Shown piece after piece: positions 1 to 18,610 of a stretch of 64,000 nt of DNA (the first letter of the stretch is position 1; each line of letters begins with the position of its first letter). Made by a program: the position numbers and the translations under genes. This stretch comes from Camelus ferus (Eukaryota): positions 13,020,001-13,084,000 of the forward strand of contig NC_045704.1 in assembly GCF_009834535.1 (NCBI RefSeq), in the 5' to 3' direction. The notes under the pieces were generated by a model. The model saw nothing but the letters and a program-made list of their open reading frames with translations, was not told the origin of the DNA and searched no databases.

Positions 1-1470
1 TCCAGGTGAGGGGCGGGGCCTGGGCCACGGGGGAGGAGCCCAGAGCAGCTTAGGGCAGCCTTTGGGAGAAGTGGGGCCAGTGTGGGCAGGGAGTTTTATT
101 AGCCCATGGACCATGGACTTCTGGGAGAGGGCTATGTGAGCTTAGAGTAGAGAGAGAGGGATGAGGCTGGGGATTCCAGATAAGCGGCGGGGTCTGGAAA
201 GCCTAGGAGGGCGGGGCTAAGGCAGGCGGGCTCCCTCAAGTCAAGCTTGAGGGTGTGGTCAGATCCCAGGCATCCTTGGCAGAGGCCAGAGCTTCTCCCC
301 TGAGGTTCTCACAGCGCAAGACCCCCTTCTTTCCCTCAGAGTGGCGCATGCTGAAGAACAGGCCTTTCCTGGGCTCCATCTCCCAGCAAAATATCCGCTC
401 CCAGCAGCATCCTCGGAATCCAGGAGCTGGGAAACCTGTACACGCCAGAGTCCCTGAGACATGAGGAAGGGTGGGCCTTCGATGGGTTCCCTCTCTCCTG
501 TCTCCCCAAAATTCTTTGGAATCTCACCTTCAATCCTTCCTTCCCGTGGAGGGCAGTGTCCTGGGGCTCTGGGAACCCAGAGGGAGGAGAAACAGAACTC
601 CCCCTGGAAAGGTGTCCTGTGGCCGTAGGGCTGGGAGGGAGGAAGAGGGAACAGCCTTGGCAAAACCCTGGTGGCTCTCCTCAATTCAGAGCCTTGTTCC
701 TCCCCAGCCCTGAGAAGCCTCATCTGAACCTTTGGCTGGAAGCCCCTGACCTCCTTTTGGCTGAAATCGACCTTCCCAAACTGGTGAGTGCACCCTTGGA
801 CCAGAGCAGGAGAATGAAGTTGGAGAGGGTTGGGGTCTCGGAGAGGGAGTGATGTGGGCTTGTTGCCAGACCTGTGTGAACTGGTTGGCGTTGCCCTCTA
901 AGCACGGCTGCCTCCTCTGTCCCAGGGGGTCTTCAGGCCCACTTCCGGTGCTGTCTTGAGGATGCGCAGGGCATCGTAAGTGCTCAGTTGTGGAGACCTG
1001 TAATTACTGTGTCCTGCCTTTTTCATGAGGGATTAAACTTTTTAAATATGGTTTCTGGACACACGAGGGTTCTCTCTCCAGTCCGTGTACTTAACATCCT
1101 GTTGCTGGGGAGGGAAAGGTGGGCTGATTCGAATTTCACTGCATCCCTAGGATGGAGCTCTGGGGCTGTCGCTAGAGATGGGGGAGAATCGCCTGGTGAT
1201 GGGGGGCCCCCAGCAGCTGTACTATCTGGATGCCTACATCCCCCTGCGGATCAACTGTGATGAGAGCAGGGCAGCCTTCCATAGGAAGAGAAAGGTACCT
1301 GAGAGGCCGGCGGGGGGGTGCAGGGAAGCAGGGACACTAGAGGGGCCTGGGCTCCTGGGACTGAGGGAAGAGGGGCTGGGGCTGGACTCCTGGGATCTGA
1401 ATCCTCTTTCTCCTTTCTCTCTCCTCAGCAACTGATGGTGGCGATGCCCCTTCTGTTGGCGCCTTCTTGA
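1..1470 (+). CDS. PIH1D1: PIH1 domain-containing protein 1 (R2TP subunit), 3' part: join(<1..5,340..470,708..783,1151..1294,1429..1470); apparent +1 frameshift near 417
   Basis: Exons translate to EWRMLKNRPFLGSISQQNIRS, PEKPHLNLWLEAPDLLLAEIDLPKL, DGALGLSLEMGENRLVMGGPQQLYYLDAYIPL and QLMVAMPLLLAPS*, matching the PIH1D1 C-terminus as recalled. All introns are GT-AG. The position upstream of SLC17A7 is syntenic. Confidence 0.95.
340..470 (+). CDS. PIH1D1: PIH1D1 internal exon (131 nt, one base longer than phase requires)
   Basis: Acceptor ttccctcag at 338-339, donor gtgggc at 471. WRMLKNRPFLGS...HPR is in frame 0 and IQELGNLYTP is in the +1 frame. Confidence 0.9.
708..783 (+). CDS. PIH1D1: PIH1D1 internal exon
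   Basis: ccccag|c PEKPHL...DLPKL|gtgagt. Confidence 0.93.
1151..1294 (+). CDS. PIH1D1: PIH1D1 penultimate exon
   Basis: ccctag|DGALG...HRKRK|gtacct, 48 codons. Confidence 0.93.
1429..1470 (+). CDS. PIH1D1: PIH1D1 last coding exon
   Basis: ctcctcag|QLMVAMPLLLAPS TGA. Confidence 0.92.
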   Translation, partial: QLMVAMPLLLAPS

Positions 1471-1515
1471 CCAGGTGGCTTCTATGTGGAGAGGAGAGGC
1501 TGTTGGCTTCTCTAA

Positions 1516-1527
1516 AATAAAAATAAA
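1516..1527 (+). terminator. PIH1D1 polyadenylation signal (two tandem AATAAA)
   Basis: aataaaaataaa, 46 nt after the stop codon. Confidence 0.8.
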
Positions 1528-2049
1528 GATTTTGCATTTGTTCTGTGTCTGGCTAGGAGTACATGGGGAGTGGGAGGGAAAAGGGACATTGGACTGGAGT
1601 CCTGGAGTCCCTTAGGGGTCACTGCTCTATCTCAGCCCTCATCCTCTCCCTGGGATCGTCTCCCTGGCCTCCTGGCCTCCAGTCTCTCCCCTTATTAGTC
1701 TCCCACGAGGCCCCAGAGCTGACCTTGCCCCTCTCCTGTTTACGGCCCCTAGGAAAAGACTCCATAGGATCTGGTCCCCCTCGTGCCCCATTTTGTCTTC
1801 TTCCCACTGAGTCTAGTCAAACTGAACAGTGTCCTGACCACACCCATTTTTTGGCACCTCTTCTTAGTTTTGGCTGTTCCCTCTACTTAGCATCTTCTTC
1901 TCCACTACATCTACCCGGGTCTACTCCAGGACAACTAGCTGTTTGCCCTCACAGGGGACGTTTCCCGACTCCCACACTCAGTCATCCCTTTTAGTGAGCT
2001 TTCCCTAGAAAGCTTTTCAAACTTCAATCTTCCTCTGACCGTTCCTGGC

Positions 2050-2178
2050 TGAGTTAGAATCCTCCTCTTGTAGTCCCCAACACCTAGTGTTACTCTTTTT
2101 AGAGCTATGTCCACTATGGTGCGACAATGCCTGACACCTAGTAGGAATTCAAATAATTCGTTGAATTAATGAATGGTT
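2050..2178 (+). mobile_element. L2 LINE 3' end fragment
   Basis: tgcctgacacctagtaggaattcaaataattcgttgaattaatgaatgg resembles the L2 terminus. Confidence 0.6.
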
Positions 2179-2395
2179 GCCAACATCGTCTTCTTTCATA
2201 GTGAGTCCTAGGAAGAGAGGTAAAGGCAGGAGCCTCAGTAGTAGACGTTGGAAGAACAGCGAGGAGGTAGTGTGGCCGGGATGGAGTGAATTGGGTGGGG
2301 AAAGGGGGAGAAGAGGGCGAGATGAAAAGGTTTGGGGATGATGACACTGGGTAAGGTCTGTAGGGCCTCTGCGGAAGCGAACTTGGGCGCCGTGT

Positions 2396-2409
2396 CCACC
2401 AGAGGGCGC
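2396..2409 (+). promoter_or_regulatory. CTCF core motif
   Basis: CCACCAGAGGGCGC matches consensus CCASYAGRKGGCRS, in CpG-rich DNA. Confidence 0.65.
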
Positions 2410-2438
2410 AACGCAGCTTCAGCCCGTTGCCTCAGAGA

Positions 2439-2519
2439 ACTACAACTCCCAGCTGCCCTCAGAGTACGCGGCCCTTCCGAAGCAAACGCTGAAGTCCAGC
2501 GGCCTCTGGGACTTGTAGT
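2439..2519. promoter_or_regulatory. Pair of inverted ACTACAnTCCCAG (ZNF143/THAP11-type) motifs
   Basis: ACTACAACTCCCAGC at 2439-2453 (+) and ACTACAAGTCCCAGA on the minus strand at about 2505-2519. Confidence 0.6.
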
Positions 2520-2789
2520 TTGAATGGAAACCCTCCGTGGGAGGCTTAAGCACTCATTCCTGGGTCCGGAAAGAGTGGGGCTGGGTCTTTTCTCTCTTCT
2601 TCGGTTTCCATGGTGATGGTTCCAGCGAAGGCCCGAGATTTGGCAGCGGCAGGGGCCCCTTCCCACTCCCTCCTCTTCACCATCTGCTCCACCTTCACAC
2701 CTGGCGCAGAGCCGGGACCGCCGCCTCCGCACCCAGACCCGGAATTCTGCCGCCACAGGGTGGCGCCTGTGGACGGCTCCGCGGACTAC

Positions 2790-2875
2790 TCCTCCCTCAG
2801 ACCTTGGAGTCCCGGCCCCCGGCTCCCTCCTCCCTCAGACCCAGGAGTCCCAGCCCCCAGCCTCTCCTCCCTGGG
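2790..2875 (+). repeat. MSR1-like 37-38 bp minisatellite, about 2 units
   Basis: tcctccctcagacccaggagtcccagcccccagc-type units at 2790 and 2828. Confidence 0.75.
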
Positions 2876-3254
2876 AATCCGAGGTTTTCTCAAGCAGAGA
2901 CAAAATTGTGACACCCAGAGATCCAGCAAAACGAAGCTAGAGGCGAAAAGCTGCAGCGGGCAGTGGCTGGCTGTTCCCCTCTTCCGTGGCGCCCACCCGC
3001 CGCGCCGGTTGCTCCCTCCCACTCCCTCGTGGACCTGTGCCACATCATGAAAATTTCATCCCCAGTACATTTTTGGCCCGACGCAGGGAGGCAATGAGGA
3101 AAGGAGCACCCTCCTGGGGCCTGGTTCTGGAGGAACTCAGCGTCGGGGAGAGGGGCTGGCGGAGAAAGGAGCAGGGCGAGACCTGCCAGCCTCCTGGGGA
3201 CGGAGAGAGTCGAGGTTCAACCCTAGAGGGCAGGGCTGGAATTCAGGGGCGGGG

Positions 3255-3515
3255 TAAGAACTCAGAGGGCGGGGACAGATCTCAGAGGGGCAGGACAGAT
3301 CCCAGGGGGAAGGGACTCAGTGGGTCGGGACAGAACTCAGACTGGCAGATTCCAGGTGCCGATTCCACGGGGTGGGAGCAAAAATCAGAGCATGGACAGA
3401 TCCCAGGGGAGGGGACAGAACTCAGGGAGTGGAGAAATATCAAAGGGGGAGGGGATACAACTTCAAGGGTTGGGGACAGAACTTAAAGGACGGGGATATA
3501 ACTCAGGGTAAGGAG
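3255..3515 (+). repeat. Degenerate ~20 bp GGGGACAGA(A/T)C(T/C)CAG minisatellite
   Basis: ggggacagatctcag, ggacagatcccag, gggacagaactcag and ggggacagaactcag recur. Confidence 0.6.
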
Positions 3516-4389
3516 GGAATAATGGCCAGCAACTGGGGGTGAGTATAACACTAGGGGATGGAACTCATGAGGAAAGAAATCAGAAATGAAGGAACTAGAT
3601 GGGAGGATGCGCTTAGAGGGGAAATAGAACTGGAGAGACATGGAAACAGGTGGATGGGAGTCAAAGGCGAAGAAACTGGATGGGAAGAACTAGAAGGGAC
3701 AATGGGCAGATCGAAATGGGGGTTGGAATCAAGGAGGGAAGGAATTCACTGAATGAGAAAAGAACCATCTGAGTGAGAGAGTTGGAACTGAGGATGAGGC
3801 AGGTTAAGGATGGAGTGCGGTGGGCAGGATGTGGAACTGGAGGGCACAGTAATTAGGAGGGATAGGACTGGGAGGATGAAACTCAGAGGAAGATGGAACT
3901 GTAGGGGAAGGAAATGCGGGGACGAAATTGGAACTAAATTTGAGGGGAGCAAATTTCAGATGGGAAAAGCAACTTGGGAAGAGAGAAAATCTGGGATAGA
4001 AGGAGCTGTGGGGGATGGATGAGGAGGGAGTAACTCCGGGAAGGGACAGCATTGGGGCCGAAGTAACCCAGACAAGTGAGTTCTGAACCCAGAGGTGTGG
4101 TCTTGGAGTCGAAGGGCGGGGCAAGAACCTGGATGGAGGTGGGCCGGGCTAGAACACAAGGGGCGGGGTCTAGAAGGGATGGGCGGGGCCTCTCCCTGCC
4201 CCATCCCGCTCCCAACGCTGAGTCCAGTGACAGCCCCCAGACACCCCGCATTCGCAGCCTCCTTCCCCCCGAGCGGAGCTGCGGGGCCCGCCGGGCCGGG
4301 GCAGACCCCGGGAACCCGGACGCGGCCGCCCGGGCCCGCGGGCGGGGGGATCGGCGGGGTGGAGGGGACTGGTAGCAGAGGCAGCCGCC

Positions 4390-13788
<9,399 letters not shown>

Positions 13789-14880
13789 CCATGTGCCTCC
13801 CACTGGATGGCAGTTTCCAGGTCCTCCATTCCACACATCTCTGGCCTGAGTTTACAGTATCAAGGAACCCCAGTCCTCTGCGTCCTGCCTCAGGCCTAAG
13901 AAGCACTCTCCCTTGTTCCTAGTGCTGTCAAACCCTCTTTCCTTCCCATTTGCCTCTCAGGGGTAGTGAAGCTGCAGACTGGCAGTTTCAAGGATACCCA
14001 AATTTCCCTAAAGGTACCCTTCTCCACTTGTTCTGCCTCAGTGGTTTCAAGTCTCTCCTTTCAGGGCTTTATTTGAATGGACAGTTCAATCTCTTAATCT
14101 CTCTTGTGGTTTTGGGCACCTCCCCATTTCTTTGAACCCCAGGGATTTGGGCTAATCCCTGAGATTACTCAGCCTGCCTCTTCTTTCAGAAAAATTCAAG
14201 GTTTTCCTCTAGAAGTTTCAAATCCCTCCCAACCCTATTCTGCACTTCCCAGGTTGGCTTAACTAATCACCCATCCCTGCCATTTAGGGATTGATTCTCA
14301 CCAGCGTTTCTGAGGGGAAATGGCAGTTTCAAGCACCCTCCCACCCAACTTTTCACCCCTCTCTCCACCAGCAGATTCTGCTGAAGCACCAAATTCCCCA
14401 AAACCTTCTCCCTAGCTTAGCACAATGCCTAGGGAAACAACCAAAATGATGGTTTTAACAATATGCCTCTCTACGCCCCCATGCACTTTTTCTGACATGG
14501 TTTTCAGGTCTAAATAGCGGCTGCACAAGTCCACCTACTCTTAAGCTTTGAAGCCACCACCATTGAACTTCCCCATGGTGGTTTCAAGATGCTCCTTCTT
14601 CCCCCTGAATCTTAGCACTTTATTCTCCTGGGTGGTTTCAAACTACCCTCATTTTCTCAGTGGCCATTTGTTGTCCCTCAGGGGCTGAATGACTCCAAAT
14701 CTGGGATCCCTTCCCTCTCAGACTCCCCTATTTCGGCTTAGAATTTGGGGAACATATATAGAAGTCACAGAATCCCAGGAAAGGGACTGGGGCTGGGGAA
14801 GGGGGTGTTTTACCCCGGGCAGGGTTGTGTCTTTGTGTGTCTTGTCTCTGTGACTGTAAATCCTGCCCTGCCCCTCTCCC

Positions 14881-14886
14881 AATAAA
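14881..14886 (+). terminator. SLC17A7 polyadenylation signal
   Basis: AATAAA about 1.1 kb after the stop codon. Confidence 0.75.
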
Positions 14887-14950
14887 ATGCTTTGTTGTAC
14901 ACACCCAGTCGTCACTGGCAGTGGGAGTCACAGGAGTCCAAGCCCCAACC

Positions 14951-15050
14951 CCCTCCCGCCTCAGACCCAGGAGTCCAGGCCTCTAGCCTCCTCCTCCCTC
15001 GTACCTGGTATCCTAGGACCCCAGCCACCCTCCTCCCTCAGGACTCAGGC
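14951..15050 (+). repeat. MSR1-like units between the SLC17A7 and GFY 3' ends
   Basis: cctcagacccaggagtccaggcctctagcctcctcctccctc. Confidence 0.7.
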
Positions 15051-15082
15051 CAGAGGAGTTGTCTAGCTGTGGGAATACGTGA

Positions 15083-15088
15083 TTTATT
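15083..15088 (-). terminator. GFY polyadenylation signal
   Basis: tttatt on + is AATAAA on -, about 150 nt after the GFY stop. Confidence 0.7.
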
Positions 15089-15234
15089 GTGCCTCAGACT
15101 GTGTTCTCTGGTCACATCTAAAACATCTCTGATGGACCCTCTATCCTAGAGGACCACTATGTAGCAAAGCGGGCCAGGAGGACAGAACCTCTGAATCTTT
15201 CCTCTGTTTGGGGCTGGCCAAGGTCTGGCCAGGC

Positions 15235-15434
15235 TCACACGAAGTTGTTGGGAAGCGTGGCGGGGGAGAGAGGCTCCAGGAGCTGGGGGCGGACCCCGCG
15301 AGGCGGCGGGGGCAGCTTGGGCGGCAGCGGAGGAGTGGGCGGCGGCTGCTTGGTGGCGATGTGTGAAGGAACCCAGGCGTCCGGTGCATAAAAGTAGAGA
15401 TCATAGGGGTCCTTCGGGGCGTCCAAATGCATAA
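15235..15434 (-). CDS. GFY: GFY last coding exon
   Basis: cccaacag|tt [10 protein letters not shown]...NNFV TGA. Confidence 0.93.
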
Positions 15435-17496
15435 CTGTTGGGAGCAAAGGAGCAGGTCACCCCAAGGCTGATAGGGGGCCCATCCCCTCTACTGCACCGC
15501 TGGCCAATGTGGAGAATGGGGAAAGGATGCTGACCATCCATTGGAGCTGAGTTTTCAAATGAAAGAGCCTCTGATTAGACTAAGGGGCGGGGCCTGCTGC
15601 GCTTCATGAGGGGCGGGGGCGGGGCTTGTAGGGACCCGTGGCCCGGAGTCTGCTGCAACTCTCTCCTGGGCTGGAGGGCAGAACTGGATGTGTTTGCCTG
15701 AAGTTTTAGAGAATTGGAGGGCAGGACCTGACCGTGGAGGGGTTAGGGCTTCTATCGACCTTGGGTGGGGACCTGTACTTTTAGGTGGGCGCCCTAAAGT
15801 GCCAGGCGAAACCAGGTTAAAGAAACGCGCAGGCTTTTAAGGAGCAGGACGCTGCAAGGGTGACTCACCCGGTTCATCTCCATCGTTCGGAAGCCGGTGG
15901 TGTGCGAAGGGCCGGTGTCGAGCCGCCCGGCGGTAGAGACACCACAGCAGCAGGAAAATGCTGATAAGTAGCCCTGTCCCGGCGAAGAATAGGCAGAGGG
16001 CTCCGCCTGCCGCGCCCCGGGGACGCCCCACCAGGGTCACGCCTGAAGGAAGGAGGTCCAGGAACTGAGGAATTTAAATTCCTAACCCCCTCCTCCCTCA
16101 GACCCAGGAATCCAGATCCTACCTTCCTCCCTCCGATCTAGGAGTCCTGGCCCCCAGCTTCTCCTTCGTCAGACCCCACAGTACCAGCCCTCAGCCTCCT
16201 CCCCTCTCAGACCCTAGAGAGGGGCCTTCAATGCCCCCCTCATCCTTTCCACCTAGAAGTCTGGCTCTCAGGACCCTCCTCCCTCGGACCCAGGAGTCTG
16301 GGTCCTAGCCCCTCACCGGTCTCCTCCACTCGTTCCACCACGATGATAGTGTTGACTCTCTCACCTCGGCTGCGCCGCTGGGGGGCCCGCGGAGTGGCAG
16401 GGGCCGGCTGAGTGGGGGGCCCTGGAGGAGCAGGGGGCCCCGCAATCCGGGCTGAGGGAGAAAGGCCGTCAGGCCCTTTAGGACTAAAGTTCTGGGGGGC
16501 CTTCAGCTCAACTGTCCCAGGAGAATCTGAGGTGGGCAATTTGAGGGGGTCGATCTGGGTGACTGCAAGTGTTTCTGGGCTGGGTTTCAAGGGCAGCTCA
16601 TTTAGGGCAGTAACTTCTTCCCTGAAGGGAGCGGGTGTTTCTGGATGAGGATTAGTGGAGACCTCAGGGTCAGAGGTCTTGAGGATCTCTGTTGCATCTT
16701 GGTAGGGGGTTGTGGGAAATTCAGTTGGGGGAATTTCAGTGGGATTGGTGTTGTGGCTTACATGGGATTCTGGGTGCGGGATTTTGGTAGGGTCAGGTTG
16801 AGGGGTCTGAAGGAATTCAGAGTTTGCGGTCTCAGTGGTGTTAGGATCATAGGTTTCTGGAGATTTGGGTTCAAGAGTTTTGGTGGAGTCAGGATTTGGG
16901 GTCCCAGGGGCTTCTGTAGGTGAGATTTCAGTGGAGTTAAGTTTGGGAAAATCTGGGGATTCTTGGTGTGGAGTGTGAGTAGGTTCAGGGTTTGGGGTCT
17001 CAGGAAATGCTGGGTGTGAAGTTTTGGAGGAATTAGGTTCAGAGGTCTCAAGGGATTCTATGTGTAGAATTTCAGTTGGGTCAGGTTTGGGGGTCTCAGA
17101 AAGTTCTGGATGTGTCATTTTGGAGGGGTTAATTTGGAGGGTTTCAAGGGATTCTGATATTGAGGTGTTGAGTGAGTTAGGTTTGGGGGTCTCAGGAGAC
17201 TCTGGGTGTGGGGTTTCTGGGAGGTCAGTTTTGGGGGTCTCAGGGAGGTCAAGATGGGAGGGCTCAGGGGAAACCGCATGAGGTGTCTTGGAGGGCTCAA
17301 GATAAGCAGTGCCAGGGGATTCTGGGTTAGGCTCATCAAGAGTGGAATTTTCAGAAGCATGAGGGGAGGGCTGAGAGGGGTGGCCCATCCCTGGGAAGTC
17401 GGAGCCCGCAGGAAGTGAGGCCGAAGCGGCAGCTCTGGAACCCAGCTGGGCGAAGAGGAAGACGAGAAGAAAGAGGATCGGGCTGAAGGATTTCAT
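15235..17496 (-). CDS. GFY: Golgi-associated olfactory signaling regulator (Goofy), 517 aa: complement(join(15235..15434,15869..16042,16317..17496))
   Basis: Signal peptide [15 protein letters not shown], long Pro/Thr/Glu/Ser repeat region, TM segment [25 protein letters not shown]-terminus [17 protein letters not shown]...[12 protein letters not shown] introns are in phase, total 1554 nt. Confidence 0.96.
15869..16042 (-). CDS. GFY: GFY transmembrane exon
   Basis: ccttcag|gc VTLVGRPRG...GDEP g|gtgagt. Confidence 0.93.
16086..16310 (+). repeat. MSR1-like minisatellite cluster in GFY intron
   Basis: About 5 degenerate tcctccctcagacccagga... units. Confidence 0.7.
16317..17496 (-). CDS. GFY: GFY large first coding exon
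   Basis: ATG at 17496, acceptor ctgctatag upstream (exon starts 17511), ends VVERVEET g|gtgagg. Confidence 0.93.
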
Positions 17497-18569
17497 AGCT
17501 CTGGAAGGCACCTATAGCAGCAGAGGAGCGGGAAGGAAGGGGTTAAAACCCGAAGCAGCCCGGGAGCAACAGCCGTCTCCTGAGGCCACGCCCACGCCAG
17601 AGGCCACGCCCACTGGTCCTTGGGTAGCGTCCAGGCCTAGCTAGGCGCCAGGGAAAGGATGAGAAGCAACTCCCTAAAGGCTGTGGGGCGGCAGCCGCTG
17701 TAGCTAAGGGAGACTGAGGCGCGGGGCTTCTTGGGAGTCGTAATTTCCTTACCTGTTTCCAGGATGGGGTCTCGGGAAAATTGGGAAATAATGACACCTT
17801 TCCAAGCCCCCAGACCTCCTTGACTTCGACTTCGAAGGATTTAGACCTCTGAGGGGACACAGGATCCCTTTCTCTCCTAGGACCCTGAGGACACCTTGAC
17901 TCAACAGTTGTTTATATTAGAGGCTCAGAAGGAACGTCTGGGGGCTGGGGCCTGAACGCCTGGATCTGAGGGAGGAGGGGTACTGAATGCCTGGAACTGG
18001 GGGAGGAGGGAGACTCCTGGGTTATGGTCAAGAGGGCTTCTTGGGGTTCAGACTCCTGGTTCCCAGAGGGTGGAGAGCACTGTGGGTCTCAATTCCTAAT
18101 TCTTTAGAAAAGAGAGGCCTGAAGGTTCAGATGCCTAGAATTTTGAAGGAGTAAAGCTTGGGGGACTGGATTACAGGGGAGAAGGAAATGAATGTCTTGA
18201 ACTCCTGAGTCCTGAGTTAGAAGGAGATTGGGAACTCTGAGTCTTGTGTCCTCCAGAGATAGGGGTGTAGAGGTCTAGATTCCTCAGTTTTCAGGAGGAG
18301 AGAGCTGTGGGGCAGGACTCGGGTCTCTGTTTATTGAGGATGGAGCTGGAATCCCAAGGTCTCAGGAGCTGGTCTAGGGCAGAGACATCTAGGTCTGTGG
18401 TCAGGTGGGGGTGGGGCCAGCAGACACCCAAATGGGATAGAGTCACTTGGGGTCCTGGGGTCTCTTACCTGCTCCAATGGGGTCCAAGATAAAAACAGGT
18501 GAGCAGAGCTGGGTACAGAGATCGGCAAATGCTGTAGAATGGCTCTGGGAGGGGAAGCAGGGGGTGGGA

Positions 18570-18610
18570 TCCCAGGGGCCCAGGTGATGCACCTGACCCC
18601 TCCCTGGGGA
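18570..18610. promoter_or_regulatory. Two EBF/Olf-1 (O/E)-type sites upstream of GFY
   Basis: TCCCTGGGGA (18601-18610, perfect TCCCNNGGGA) and TCCCAGGGGC (18570-18579), near a candidate non-coding exon donor ag|gtaaga at 18468. Confidence 0.45.

Noticed and set aside
2752-2765. Second CTCF-like motif CCACAGGGTGGCGC
   Set aside because: Two core mismatches; not distinguishable from GC-rich background.
2610-3050. 146-aa ORF upstream of SLC17A7
   Set aside because: Runs through MSR1-like repeats in GC-rich DNA and resembles no protein I know; likely chance.
17497-17511. GFY start at 17511 as in the ORF track (MPSRA...)
   Set aside because: That codon is a GTG at the splice acceptor; the ATG at 17496 matches the orthologue N-terminus.
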